64,000 nt of DNA from Cyanobacteriota bacterium (GCA_019752015.1 JAIEMQ010000002.1:31869-95868), one strand, 5' to 3'. Positions 45,783 through 55,901 are shown, counted from the first letter of the stretch. Numbers and translations are program-made. Notes: generated from the letters alone by a model not told the origin.

Positions 45783-47255
45783 ATGAGAAACACCGCCATC
45801 GCCCTCGTCATCGCTGCGTTGTGCCTGACGACCATTGGTTCCGCGCAGGACCGTGTCGACTTCAGCGTGCTCGAGAAGATCCGCGCCGAAGGGATGGAGC
45901 GCTCGAAGATCCTCGAGACTTTCGACTACCTCGTCACCGCCATCGGGCCGCGCCTCACCAACTCGCCGGCGCATCGGCGCGCGGTCGAGTGGACCGCGCA
46001 GCAGATGAAGACGATGGGCCTGGCCGATGTGCACACCGAGCCGTTCCAGTTCGGCCGCGGCTGGACGTTGAACAAGGTGTCGATCGAAATGGTCGAGCCG
46101 CGCTACATGCCGTTGATCGGATATCCGCAGGGCTGGTCGCCCTCAACGCCCGGCCGCGTGGTCGCAACGCCGGTGTGGGTGCCCGGTCTCGACGATGCGG
46201 CGATGAAGGCGCAGGCGGGAAAACTGAAAGGCGCGATCCTGTTCACGAGCCCGATCCAGCAGTACGCGATTCGCGCCGACCGCCCGGCGGCGAGCGGCGA
46301 TCTGAAACCGCCCGATCCGCGTCCGGCCGGACCGCCGCAGCTGAACGCCGAGCGCCTGGCGATGCTGAAGGCCGAAGGCATTGCGGTCGCGATCCAGCCG
46401 AACATCGGTGAGCACGGCACGCTGTTCGTCACCGGCCGCGATGGCGGCGCCAACGCGGTGCCGACCATCATCCTCGCGTCGGAACATTACAACCTCGTCG
46501 CGCGCATGCTGCAGGCGAAGATGGCGGTCAAGCTCGCCGTCGAGATCCAGGCGACCTACCACGAAGAGGATCGCAACGCGCTGAACGTGATCGCCGAAAT
46601 TCCCGGCACCGACAATGCGATCAAGGACGAGATCGTGATGGTCGGCGCGCATCTCGATTCGTGGCACACCGCCACGGGCGCGACCGACAACGCCGATGGC
46701 AGCGCCACGGTGCTCGAAGCCATGCGCATTCTTAAGGCGCTCAACATCCGCCCGCGCCGCACGATCCGCGCCGCGTTGTGGGCGGGCGAAGAACAGGGCC
46801 TGCTGGGATCAAAGGCCTACGTCACGCAGCACCTGGCCGGCGACAAGAACAAAGCGGCGCGCGACAAGTTCTCCGTCTACTTCAATCTCGACAACGGCTA
46901 TCCGCCGATCAGCGGCTTCTACATGGAGAACAACGATCCGGCGCGGCTGATCATGGCCGAGTGGCTGAAGCCGATGGCGAACATCGGCGCGATCATGCCG
47001 GCGCCCGGCCACATCGGCGCCACCGATCACCTGTCGTTCCTCGATGCCGGCGTGCCCGGCTTCCAGGCGGTGCAGGAATACATCAACTACGACGTGCGCA
47101 CGCATCACACCAACGTCGATACCGCGGAACGGATCGATCCGAACGCGCTGAAGCAGGCCGCCACGGTCATGGCCGCGGTGCTGTATCAGGCATCGATGCG
47201 CGAGGGGACGTTCCCGAAGCCGGCGCCGACGAAGCCGGCCGCGACGAAGCAGTAA
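45783..47255 (+). CDS. Secreted M28-family metallopeptidase (carboxypeptidase Q-like)
   Basis: Signal peptide; GPRLTNSP, GAHLDSW, ATDNADG, GEEQGLLGS. Confidence 0.9.
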   Translation: MRNTAIALVIAALCLTTIGSAQDRVDFSVLEKIRAEGMERSKILETFDYLVTAIGPRLTNSPAHRRAVEWTAQQMKTMGLADVHTEPFQFGRGWTLNKVSIEMVEPRYMPLIGYPQGWSPSTPGRVVATPVWVPGLDDAAMKAQAGKLKGAILFTSPIQQYAIRADRPAASGDLKPPDPRPAGPPQLNAERLAMLKAEGIAVAIQPNIGEHGTLFVTGRDGGANAVPTIILASEHYNLVARMLQAKMAVKLAVEIQATYHEEDRNALNVIAEIPGTDNAIKDEIVMVGAHLDSWHTATGATDNADGSATVLEAMRILKALNIRPRRTIRAALWAGEEQGLLGSKAYVTQHLAGDKNKAARDKFSVYFNLDNGYPPISGFYMENNDPARLIMAEWLKPMANIGAIMPAPGHIGATDHLSFLDAGVPGFQAVQEYINYDVRTHHTNVDTAERIDPNALKQAATVMAAVLYQASMREGTFPKPAPTKPAATKQ

Positions 47256-47258
47256 CGC

Positions 47259-47370
47259 CAAACACGAAGGACACGAGGGGCACGAAGAAACTCTTTTCAC
47301 AATGCCGGGGCCGCTCAGCAGCACTTGTCTTTTGAACAAGTATTCTTCGTACCTTCGTACCTTCGTGTTG
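47259..47370. repeat. Inverted pair of CACGAAGG-type arrays around a ~53-nt spacer
   Basis: Left arm aacacgaaggacacgaggggcacgaagaa; reverse complement of the right arm aacacgaaggtacgaaggtacgaagaa. Confidence 0.75.
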
Positions 47371-48567
47371 ATCTTTTTGGCGGCGGTGCCGCTCGTCGCG
47401 CAGGACTGGCCGCAGATCCTCGGACCGAATCGCAACGGCATCTACACCGGCCCCGAGATCGTTGCATCGTTTCCGCGCAGCGGCCCGGCGTCACTGTGGC
47501 AGCGCGAGGCCGGCGCCGGATTCGCCGGTCCCGCGGTCGTGGGCGATCGGCTGGTCCTCTTCCATCGCGTCAACAACCGCGAGACCGTCGAAGCAATGGA
47601 CGCGAATACCGGCAAGACGATCTGGACGTTCGACTACCCCACTTCCTATCGCGACGATTTCGGCTTCGATGAAGGACCGCGCGCCGTGCCGGTGATCGCC
47701 GGCGGCCGCGTCTTCACGCACGGCGCCGACGGCTGGCTGCACGGCATTGATTTCAAGACCGGCAAGATGCTGTGGAGCAGCGACACGCGCAAGGTCTTCG
47801 ATGCACCGAAAGGTTATTTCGGCGTGGCGTCATCGCCGGTCGTCGACCGCGATCGCGTGCTCGTGAACGTCGGCGGCCGCAAGGGCGGTATCGTTGCCTT
47901 TGATGCCGCCAGCGGCAAGACGATCTGGACCGCGACATCCGATGAGCCAGGCTACTCCGCGCCGGTGATTGCGGACATCAACGGCCAGCACACCGGCGTG
48001 TTCTTCACGCGCACCGGTCTCGTGGCCGTCGATCCGGCCAGCGGCAAGGTCCTCTATCAACATCGCTGGCGCGCGCGGATGGCGGCGTCGGTCAACGCGG
48101 CGACGCCGATCGTCATCGGCGATCGTATTTTTCTCTCGGCGCAGTACGGCACCGGCGCCGTGTTGCTGCACGTGGCCAACAACGCCGTCAAGCCGATCTG
48201 GTCCGGCGACGAGTCGATGTCCAATCACTACTCGACGAGCGTGTTGAAGGACGGCTACCTGTACGGCTTCGACGGCCGCCAGGAGTTCGGACAAACATTG
48301 CGCTGCGTGGAGCTCGCCACCGGCAAGGTGATGTGGAACGTCGACGGCTTCGGCGCCGGCACGCTGTTGATTGCGGGCGAGACGCTCGTCATCATGCGCG
48401 AGTCGGGTGAACTGGCGCTCGCGCCGGCATCACCAAAAGCATTCCGATTCAACGCACGCGCGCAGTTGATTAAAGGCGTGGTGCGCGCCTATCCTGCACT
48501 CGCCAACGGCCACTACTACGTCCGCAACGAACGGCAATTGGCCGCGTTCGATCTGACGAGGCGATAA
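47302..48567 (+). CDS. PQQ-like (BamB-type) beta-propeller protein (start uncertain)
   Basis: DWPQILGPNRNG; repeated D..TGK..W tryptophan-docking motifs. Confidence 0.85.
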   Translation: MPGPLSSTCLLNKYSSYLRTFVLIFLAAVPLVAQDWPQILGPNRNGIYTGPEIVASFPRSGPASLWQREAGAGFAGPAVVGDRLVLFHRVNNRETVEAMDANTGKTIWTFDYPTSYRDDFGFDEGPRAVPVIAGGRVFTHGADGWLHGIDFKTGKMLWSSDTRKVFDAPKGYFGVASSPVVDRDRVLVNVGGRKGGIVAFDAASGKTIWTATSDEPGYSAPVIADINGQHTGVFFTRTGLVAVDPASGKVLYQHRWRARMAASVNAATPIVIGDRIFLSAQYGTGAVLLHVANNAVKPIWSGDESMSNHYSTSVLKDGYLYGFDGRQEFGQTLRCVELATGKVMWNVDGFGAGTLLIAGETLVIMRESGELALAPASPKAFRFNARAQLIKGVVRAYPALANGHYYVRNERQLAAFDLTRR

Positions 48568-48570
48568 ACG

Positions 48571-49695
48571 ATGCGTTTGATGATCCGGCTCATTACGATC
48601 GCGCTCGCCGCCAGAATTCTTGCGCCGGCAATGGGCGCGCAGACTGCCGTCGCCGTCGTCGACGGACCAATCGGTCCAAGTCCGTACGACGTCGTGCGCG
48701 GATGGCACAAACCGTTTGCGGCGCCGGGCTTTGCGTTCGGCGGCAACTCGGGTGTCTTCGCCGAGTCGCCCGATCGCATTTTTGTGGCGCAGCGGGGTGA
48801 GTTCAGGCTGCCGGCACCCGTGCCGCCGGAGTACGGCGGCTTCGCGGGATCCGTGAAGATGAACGTGCTGACCCTGGCCGATCGCCGCGTCTGGCACAAC
48901 TGCCTCTACACACTCGATCGCAACGGCATGGTAAAAGAGCGCTGGACGCAGTGGGATCATCTCTGCGAAGGCTCCACCGGCCCGGGCCCGCACCGCCTCC
49001 GCATCAGCCCGTACGATCCGGAACACCGCGTGTGGGTGATCAACGAAACGTTCAACACCATCTATGTGTTCTCGAACGACGGCAAGCGCCTGCTGAAGAC
49101 GCTCGGCGAAAAGAACGTTGCCGGCGCCGATCGCGCGCACTTCGCAAAGCCACAGGACGTGGCGTTTCTCCCTGACGGCCGCATCCTGATCGCCGACGGC
49201 CTCGACAATCACCGCGTCATCATTCTCGACAAGGCGATGAACTATCTCGGCGAGTTCGGCGGCAACGGCAAGGGACCGGGACAGTTCAGCGGCGTGCACG
49301 CGGTCGCCGCCGGCCCGAACGGATTGATCTTCGCGCTCGACCGATCCGGCGGACGCATCAACGTTTTCAAGACGACAGCGGATCCCGCGAAGGTGGATTA
49401 CGTGGATGCGTTCACGGGTTTCTCGCTGCCGCTCGATCTGATCGTCAACGACGACAGCCTGTGGATGACCGACCTCAAGCCGCTGCGATTCGTGAAGCTC
49501 GATTTCAAGGGCAACCGGCTTTACACCTGGATGGTGCCGCCGGATCTGCCGGACGGCTTCCTCGAGGTCCACACGTTCTCGGTCGATTCAGAGGGAAATC
49601 TGTACGGCGGGGACAATCAGTACGGACGCACGCAGAAGTTCGTGCCGAAGAAGGGCGCGGACCCGAAACTGCTGATCCGCGCTCCCTGGCGGTAG
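48571..49695 (+). CDS. Secreted NHL-repeat protein, PAL (peptidyl-hydroxyglycine lyase)-like
   Basis: GPH, FAKPQDVAF, ADGLDNHRV, FSGVH, ALDRSGGRI, EVHTFSVD. Confidence 0.72.
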   Translation: MRLMIRLITIALAARILAPAMGAQTAVAVVDGPIGPSPYDVVRGWHKPFAAPGFAFGGNSGVFAESPDRIFVAQRGEFRLPAPVPPEYGGFAGSVKMNVLTLADRRVWHNCLYTLDRNGMVKERWTQWDHLCEGSTGPGPHRLRISPYDPEHRVWVINETFNTIYVFSNDGKRLLKTLGEKNVAGADRAHFAKPQDVAFLPDGRILIADGLDNHRVIILDKAMNYLGEFGGNGKGPGQFSGVHAVAAGPNGLIFALDRSGGRINVFKTTADPAKVDYVDAFTGFSLPLDLIVNDDSLWMTDLKPLRFVKLDFKGNRLYTWMVPPDLPDGFLEVHTFSVDSEGNLYGGDNQYGRTQKFVPKKGADPKLLIRAPWR

Positions 49696-49718
49696 CTCCG
49701 GCTGAAGCCGGGGCCTAC
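49692..49718. repeat. GTAG-type REP palindrome between convergent genes
   Basis: GTAGCTCCGGCTGAAGCCGGGGCCTAC. Confidence 0.7.
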
Positions 49719-50725
49719 CTAACATTTACAACGACGTCTTTGTAGGTGTTGAGCGCGCCATCCGATGCCATGCAGCGGATCGTGTACTGCCCCGGATCCT
49801 TGAACGTCACGTTGACCTGATACTTGCCGTCGGCGGGGACCGCCGGCGCCATCCACCGCGGCGCCCACGGCGAGTTCGCGCCCGCGCGCGTGTCTTCCCA
49901 CACCTTGGCCTGGCGCGGCGTGAACTCGACGCGGCCCGCGCCGCGATACACGAAACACGAATGACGCAGCCCGGTCTGGCTGCCGACGGTGATCGCCGAC
50001 GGCGGACGCTGCGCGGCCGGATCGAACGTCATGGTGCCGCGCGCCGCCGGCGCAGGGGGCGTGGTGTTGGTCGCGCGCGCGCGAGCCGCGGCCGCACGCT
50101 CGGCCTCGCGCGAATCCGGACCAAAGCGCGGACGCGGCACGCCGTCATCCTTCGCAACGGCGATCAGCGTCAACGGCTGCCCAATCTGCGCGCGGCGCTC
50201 GCCGGTATCGATGGTGATCTCCGGAGCAACGTTGGCGCGAATCGCGGGACTGCTGACGCCGGCGCCAAGCGCGCCCTGCTCCGACGCCTGGACGATGTTG
50301 TCGACGAGCGAGTCTTCGCGCAACGACGCAAAAGCCTTCTCCGTCTTACCCTTCGTCGTCAGCGTCCAGACCAGCTCCTTCCTGCCCCAGTCGGCGGGGA
50401 CGCGCACCTTGAAGACGAAGCGGTTGCGGCGCGGCTGGAAGTGCGTCGGCTGTCCCTGATCGGGCACGCCGGGCGAAATGTTGTTGTCGGGCCCGATCGG
50501 CACGTCAACTTCTTCCTCCCAGTTGCGGTTCATGTAGCCGAACATCATGTTGAACGACCCATCGTCGTTCCGTTCCCAGCCTTCGAAGGCCGGTGAGACG
50601 TTCTGCCCGCGCGAGTAGGAGAGCATCTGGGTGCTCGCGGTCTGATACGCGAGCGTGAACGTCAAAAGAAAAAAGGAAAAAGGAAAAACAACTCGATGCA
50701 TTCTTTTCAGGCCCTTACTTTTCAC
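49715..50725 (-). CDS. Secreted hypothetical protein with C-terminal Ig/PKD-like domain
   Basis: YSRGQNVSPAFEGWERN..FGYMNRNWEE; VTFKDPGQYTIRCMASDG; start may be the ATG 8 codons downstream. Confidence 0.7.
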   Translation of the reverse strand: MKSKGLKRMHRVVFPFSFFLLTFTLAYQTASTQMLSYSRGQNVSPAFEGWERNDDGSFNMMFGYMNRNWEEEVDVPIGPDNNISPGVPDQGQPTHFQPRRNRFVFKVRVPADWGRKELVWTLTTKGKTEKAFASLREDSLVDNIVQASEQGALGAGVSSPAIRANVAPEITIDTGERRAQIGQPLTLIAVAKDDGVPRPRFGPDSREAERAAAARARATNTTPPAPAARGTMTFDPAAQRPPSAITVGSQTGLRHSCFVYRGAGRVEFTPRQAKVWEDTRAGANSPWAPRWMAPAVPADGKYQVNVTFKDPGQYTIRCMASDGALNTYKDVVVNVR

Positions 50726-50747
50726 CTTCTACTTTTTTGTTTTCACT

Positions 50748-52223
50748 TTATTGCTGTTGTCCCGTGGGTTTGGCCGTCGTGGCCGGCGGCGGAGTGACGT
50801 TGCACAACGGGCAGCCGATGATCACGTCCGGGCGATTGGGTCCGAGCGCCTCGCGTCGTTTGGCCATCTCGTCCTGGAACTCCTGATCGGTCAGCGGCAT
50901 GATCTGCCCGAGATCGATGAACATGTTCGCGATCGATCGGTTGCCCGAGCCCTGCCAGTTGCGCGGATCGGGAATGTTCTTGTTGTTCGGCGTGTTGTCC
51001 ATGTAGCCGATGATGTGGAGGATGGTGCCGCGCGGCAGGATCGGCGCGTAGTTGTCCTCGTATTCGTACTGGCGCACCCAGTTGTGATCGTAGCCGGCGC
51101 AGGTCAGCGTCTGGATGTTGTAGCCCCAGATCGCTTCGAGGCACATGCGCTGTCCCGGCGCGTGCAGATGCGGCTCGAAGGTCACGACTTTCGCCGGCTG
51201 CGACAGCACTTCATACGCGTGCAGCTGCTGGTTCGCCTCGTTCGGCTTGATGTCGATGTCGAGCGCGTTGGCGAGGTTGTGCAGCGAGGTCTGCTTCTTC
51301 GGCTTGTAGCCGGCCGGATGGAAACGGAAACCGAACAACAGCTTGGACTTCACCTCCGAGCCGCCGGAGTGCAGGTGCGCCGACTGATAGACGATGCTCG
51401 AGCCCGCCTTCAGGAGGCGGCCGGCATTCTCGTCGAACACGTCGGCGTTGCGGCCCACTTCGTGAACGGGCCACCCCACCGCGCCCTGGGTCACCGACGC
51501 GTCGAGCGGATCGCCGCTCTCGTCGACAGGCGCCGTCGCCCAAATCAAGTGGTGCCACACGTAGCGCTGACCCACGGTCTGGCGCCCCGACTCGTTGCTG
51601 AAGTTGTTGACTTCGCGAATCTCGACCGACTTCACGTAGCGGTCTTCCTTGATCGGCAGCAGCGTCGGCGGGAACTCGCCCCACCAGTCCGGCGCGTTCG
51701 CCTTCACGGTGATCTCCGGGCTCTCGACGATCAGATCCGGCTCGCCGGCGTGCCACGCGGCGCCGTCCTGGAACACGCGCGGCGCAGGCGCATCGGCGGG
51801 ATTGCCGCGCGGCGCGCCGGTGTCGGCCCACCTCGCGATCTTCGCGACCTCTTCATCGCTCAGCGACGGATCGTTCTTGTAGTGCTGAATGCCGATGTTC
51901 TTCTCGATGTACCAGGGCGGCATGGCGCCGGCCTTGTCGCGGATCGCGGTGCGCGCCTTCATCGAGCGCGCCCACGGTCTCGCCTCCTCATACGTCAGGA
52001 GCGACATCGGGGCCACCTGACCCGGACGATGGCAGTTCTGGCAGCTGCGCTGCAGGATCGGCAGGATGTCCTTGTGGAAGGTCACCTCGGGTTGCGCGGC
52101 CGCCGGCGCCGCCGCCTGCTTGTCCGCCGTAGCGCCTGGCGCGGAGGTGGACGCGGTCACCGCCGAACCGAATACCGCCACGGACGCAAGCAACGCCAGC
52201 GCGAAGTAATTACGAACTGCCAT
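50748..52223 (-). CDS. Cytochrome c fused to a copper type II (PHM/DBH-like) monooxygenase-like domain
   Basis: Signal peptide; CQNCH...MPPW; VWHHLIW; EPHLHAPG; YDHNW; ANMF. Confidence 0.72.
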   Translation of the reverse strand: MAVRNYFALALLASVAVFGSAVTASTSAPGATADKQAAAPAAAQPEVTFHKDILPILQRSCQNCHRPGQVAPMSLLTYEEARPWARSMKARTAIRDKAGAMPPWYIEKNIGIQHYKNDPSLSDEEVAKIARWADTGAPRGNPADAPAPRVFQDGAAWHAGEPDLIVESPEITVKANAPDWWGEFPPTLLPIKEDRYVKSVEIREVNNFSNESGRQTVGQRYVWHHLIWATAPVDESGDPLDASVTQGAVGWPVHEVGRNADVFDENAGRLLKAGSSIVYQSAHLHSGGSEVKSKLLFGFRFHPAGYKPKKQTSLHNLANALDIDIKPNEANQQLHAYEVLSQPAKVVTFEPHLHAPGQRMCLEAIWGYNIQTLTCAGYDHNWVRQYEYEDNYAPILPRGTILHIIGYMDNTPNNKNIPDPRNWQGSGNRSIANMFIDLGQIMPLTDQEFQDEMAKRREALGPNRPDVIIGCPLCNVTPPPATTAKPTGQQQ

Positions 52224-52255
52224 GAATATCTCCTTGTAGCCGTCTATTTTACCCT

Positions 52256-53668
52256 TTACGGCCTGAGCAGCGCCGTTGCGTTCCGCTTCGGAACCTGCCC
52301 TACTGGTATACGAGCAACTTCCTTCAAAGTTGCAGTGTTCACGACACTTACGGCGTTATCCCCGGCCGCAGCCACGTAGGCGAACGTGCCGTCCGGCGTC
52401 AGCGTGACCCACTCGGGATGCTGGCCGACGTGCACATGGCCCACGGGTTTGAGGTCGGGCAACGAATAGGCATACATCGTGCTGTAGACCTTGCTCGTCG
52501 CCAGCAGCAGCTTGCCGTCAGGCGTGATCGCGAAGCCGTGCATCGGCGCGGCCTGCAGTCCTTCGGTGTGCTTGTGCTCGCCGGGAATCGCCGGCGTCTC
52601 GAAGCGCGAGACTTCCTTGCGCTGCTTGAAGTCGACGACCGCGATGCCGTGGTAATCGGAGAGTTGCACAAAGATTCGCGACGTCGATCCATCCGCGGCC
52701 TTCTCGAAGGCCATCGGCCGGATGCCGGCCGACATCGGAATCTCGAACGCGATCTCTTCGGTCGCCTGATCGATCACCGTGATCATGCGGCCCGGGATCG
52801 ATCCCGACACGACGTGCTTGCCGTCGGGCGTGACGTAGACATTGTGGATCGCGCCCTTCACCGCGATCGACTTGGCGCGCGTCAGCGTGGCGGTGTCGAT
52901 CACGTCGACGGCGCCCGGCGCCTGCGCAATGCCGGCGTAGACGCGCTTGCCGTCATTCGAGATCGCGATGTTGTTCGGCCGGCCGCTGAGCGGCACGCGG
53001 GCGATCACCGCGTAGGTCTGCGCGTCGACGGCGTCGACGGTGTGCATCGCCTCGTTGGTGAAATAGAGACGCGTGCCGTCGGGCGCCGAGGTGACACCGT
53101 GCGGCACTTCGATGTCGTTGATCACGCCGACCACTTTGTTCGTCGCCGGATCGATCACGTGAATGTTGTCGCCCGCCGCATTCGTCTGGATGATCCGCGC
53201 AACGCGGGCGGTGCTCGCGTGCGGCGAGGCGAGCGTGGCGCCGTTCACCCACGCTTCGAGCACCTTCCAGTCCGGGTCGCTCTTCGTCGTCCAGTGCTGG
53301 CCGCCGCCGTGGAATACGTCGCCGCCCGCATCGCGCGACAGCGGGTGGCGCAGCAGCCGGCTCGCGCCCGGACTGCCGGGGACAACCAGGGCCTTCACGC
53401 CCTCGAAGTTCTTGCGCGTGTCTTCCTCCGACCAGTTGGTCGCGCCTTCGGGGAGCCGCTGCAGGCGCAGCGTGGCGCTGCCCGCATGGCAGGTCACGCA
53501 GCGCGCGTGGCCTTCGCGTTTCTCCAGAAAGAGCGGCTGGACGCGGGCCTTGTAGTAGTCGTAATCCAGCGAGGGTGCGCCGGCGGGTGCAGCCGGCTGT
53601 TCTTTCTGAGCCGTCTGCGCCATCGGTGGCTGTTGTCCAAGCAGTGCAGCAAGAAGCAGTTCCAGCAT
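52256..53668 (-). CDS. Cytochrome c fused to a YncE/YVTN beta-propeller
   Basis: CVTCH and FHGGG; repeats PHGVTSAPDGTRLYFTN and PEWVTLTPDG. Confidence 0.8.
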   Translation of the reverse strand: MLELLLAALLGQQPPMAQTAQKEQPAAPAGAPSLDYDYYKARVQPLFLEKREGHARCVTCHAGSATLRLQRLPEGATNWSEEDTRKNFEGVKALVVPGSPGASRLLRHPLSRDAGGDVFHGGGQHWTTKSDPDWKVLEAWVNGATLASPHASTARVARIIQTNAAGDNIHVIDPATNKVVGVINDIEVPHGVTSAPDGTRLYFTNEAMHTVDAVDAQTYAVIARVPLSGRPNNIAISNDGKRVYAGIAQAPGAVDVIDTATLTRAKSIAVKGAIHNVYVTPDGKHVVSGSIPGRMITVIDQATEEIAFEIPMSAGIRPMAFEKAADGSTSRIFVQLSDYHGIAVVDFKQRKEVSRFETPAIPGEHKHTEGLQAAPMHGFAITPDGKLLLATSKVYSTMYAYSLPDLKPVGHVHVGQHPEWVTLTPDGTFAYVAAAGDNAVSVVNTATLKEVARIPVGQVPKRNATALLRP

Positions 53669-53848
53669 AGGACCCTCCGTCCCGTCTCACGTCCCCACGA
53701 ATATCCCGACCTTACCCCACGGGATTTTCATCGGGGATTCTACTGCCAGCGTTGCTTTTGCCGCACGCCGTGCGGCGACTGGGATACGATTACCGTTTTC
53801 CGGGCCCCCACCGCGCGGACGTTGCGACGCGGGGCCTAAGGCGGACCC

Positions 53849-54889
53849 GTGCATCCTGACCTCATCGAAGCAATCGCCTTCCACGAAGCCATCATCGCGG
53901 AAGGCGGCAAGGCCCTCGTCGGTTACGCGCAACCCAAGATCCTGGCCAATCTCGTCCTGCTGTCGGAAATCCCGACAACCTACGACAAGAAGGAACAGCG
54001 CCAGGTCAACTCCGGCAACCTGCTGCTCCGCGGCGTGCCGGGCGTCGGCAAGACGTTCTTCGGCGTCATCCTGGCCGCGATCAGCGACGCCAAGTTCGCG
54101 CGCATCCAGGGACGCGCCGACCTGCAGCCGACCGAAGTCGTCGGCTTCCAGATGATCAATCCGGCGACCGGCGAGCTGACCACCGAGATCGGCCCGCTCG
54201 CCGAAGCGGAAGTGATCCTGCTGGACGAGATCAACCGCATCCCGCTGAAGTCGCAGAGCGCGTTCCTCGAAGGCCTGCAGGATCGCACCGTGACCGTCGG
54301 CAAGACGACCTACGAGCTGCCGGCGTTCAACTTCGCGATCGCGACGATGAATCCGGTCGAGCTCGGCCAGGGCACGTTCCCGCTGTCGGAAGCGGCAACG
54401 GATCGCTTCGCGATCATGGTGAACATCGGCTACCTGCCGCCCGAAGAGGAGCGCAAGCTGGTGAACTTCGACTTCAAGCAGGTGCGCCTCGGCAACCTGA
54501 TGAAGAAGGAGCGCATCATCCAGCTGCGCGCCGCCATCACCGAGCACGTGTTCCTGCACGAGCGCCTCGGCGATTACATCCAGCGCCTGGTCGCGAACAC
54601 CCGGCCGTACAACCCCGATACCGACTGGCTGCGCCACTCGGCGTCGGAGCTGGTCGAGACCGGCGTCGATCTCGGCGCGTCGCCGCGCGCGATCATCGTG
54701 TGGGGCCGTCTCGCCAAGGTGTGGGCGCTGCTGGTGCGCCGCCGCGACGAGGTCTATCCGGAAGACATCCAGGATCTCGCGCCGTATGTGCTGAGCCATC
54801 GTCTCTGGCTCGGCCCTCACGCCGCGAGTCACGGTCTGACGCCCGAGACCGTGATCAAGGACATCATCGACAAGACGCCGATTCCATGA
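53849..54889 (+). CDS. moxR: MoxR-family AAA+ ATPase (MxaR-like)
   Basis: GVPGVGKT, ADLQP, LLDEINR, ATMNPVE..GTFPLSEA..DRF, GASPRA. Confidence 0.92.
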   Translation: MHPDLIEAIAFHEAIIAEGGKALVGYAQPKILANLVLLSEIPTTYDKKEQRQVNSGNLLLRGVPGVGKTFFGVILAAISDAKFARIQGRADLQPTEVVGFQMINPATGELTTEIGPLAEAEVILLDEINRIPLKSQSAFLEGLQDRTVTVGKTTYELPAFNFAIATMNPVELGQGTFPLSEAATDRFAIMVNIGYLPPEEERKLVNFDFKQVRLGNLMKKERIIQLRAAITEHVFLHERLGDYIQRLVANTRPYNPDTDWLRHSASELVETGVDLGASPRAIIVWGRLAKVWALLVRRRDEVYPEDIQDLAPYVLSHRLWLGPHAASHGLTPETVIKDIIDKTPIP

Positions 54890-54952
54890 CCCTCGATCGC
54901 GTCCTTCGACTCGTATGCGTCCGGCTGCGCCGGACGCACACTCGCTCAGGAT
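54889..54952 (+). repeat. Family C repeat with a nested perfect hairpin
   Basis: ccttcgactc...ctcgctcagg enclosing TGCGTCCGGC-TGC-GCCGGACGCA (54916-54938). Confidence 0.65.
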
Positions 54953-54959
54953 TGCTCAC

Positions 54960-55901
54960 GTGAGGACACGTGAGCAAGAGGTCGAGCCGCTCATCAACCT
55001 TTCGGAGATTACCGAGGTCGAGCTGCTGATTCTCAAGCGGATGCGGGAATTCACGATCGGCGAACACTCGAGCATGTTCCACGGCACGGGCTTCGACTTC
55101 GTCGGGCTGCGCGACTGGCAGGCGGGCGATCGCTTCGAGAACATCGACTGGCCGCAGTCGTCGCTGACCAACTTCAGCCCGATGGTGGTGCGCGAGTTCG
55201 AGCAGCCGACGACGTCGAGCGTGATCATGGTGGCGGATCGATCGGCGTCGACGCGCTGCGGCGCGACCGGCAAGTCGAACGATCGCGGCGCGCAGATCGC
55301 GACGCTGATCGCGCGCGCGATTGCCACCGTCGGCATGTCGGCGGTGTTCTTCCAGGATTCGATCGGCCTGATCACGTTCGGCGAAGGCTTTCACGAGCTC
55401 GGCGCCGTGCGGCCGCGCATCGGCAAGGGCCAGGTCATTCATTGCCTCGAGGCCTACCAGCAGGGCTTCGGCCTGCAGGACATCAAGAACATCGGCAGCC
55501 TCAGCGCGACGCTGACCGGCTTCTCTCGCAAGACGGCGATGATGCCGGTGATCTCGGACTTCCTGTTCGATGAGGCGCCGGATTTCCTGACCGAGCTGCG
55601 GCAGGTCAACAACGTGCACGATGTGTTCATCATGCTGGTCGATGCGTCGTTCGCGTTCGAGCTGCCGAAAGTCTCCGCGGGCTGGGTCGAGGTCTACGAC
55701 GTCGAGACCGGCCGCACGCGCATGATGTCGCGCCGCGAGCTGTCGCGGCAGAGCGAGCGCGTCAAGGCGTGGCAGAACGAAATCGCGCGGCAGGCCAAGG
55801 ACAACGATCTCGACGTCATCCGCCTGTCGCTGGATCAAGTGAAGTTTGATATCGCGCTGGTCGAATGGGTCGCGGAGAGACGGCTTCGCCGCAAGAAATG
55901 A
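54960..55901 (+). CDS. DUF58 protein (MxaS-like)
   Basis: GTGFDFVGLRDWQAGD..IDW, ADRSAS, ISDF. Confidence 0.9.
   Translation: MRTREQEVEPLINLSEITEVELLILKRMREFTIGEHSSMFHGTGFDFVGLRDWQAGDRFENIDWPQSSLTNFSPMVVREFEQPTTSSVIMVADRSASTRCGATGKSNDRGAQIATLIARAIATVGMSAVFFQDSIGLITFGEGFHELGAVRPRIGKGQVIHCLEAYQQGFGLQDIKNIGSLSATLTGFSRKTAMMPVISDFLFDEAPDFLTELRQVNNVHDVFIMLVDASFAFELPKVSAGWVEVYDVETGRTRMMSRRELSRQSERVKAWQNEIARQAKDNDLDVIRLSLDQVKFDIALVEWVAERRLRRKK

Noticed and set aside
47302-48567. PQQ-dependent methanol or alcohol dehydrogenase as the MoxR client
   Set aside because: Too short and lacks the adjacent Cys-Cys and catalytic motifs; it is a generic BamB-like propeller.
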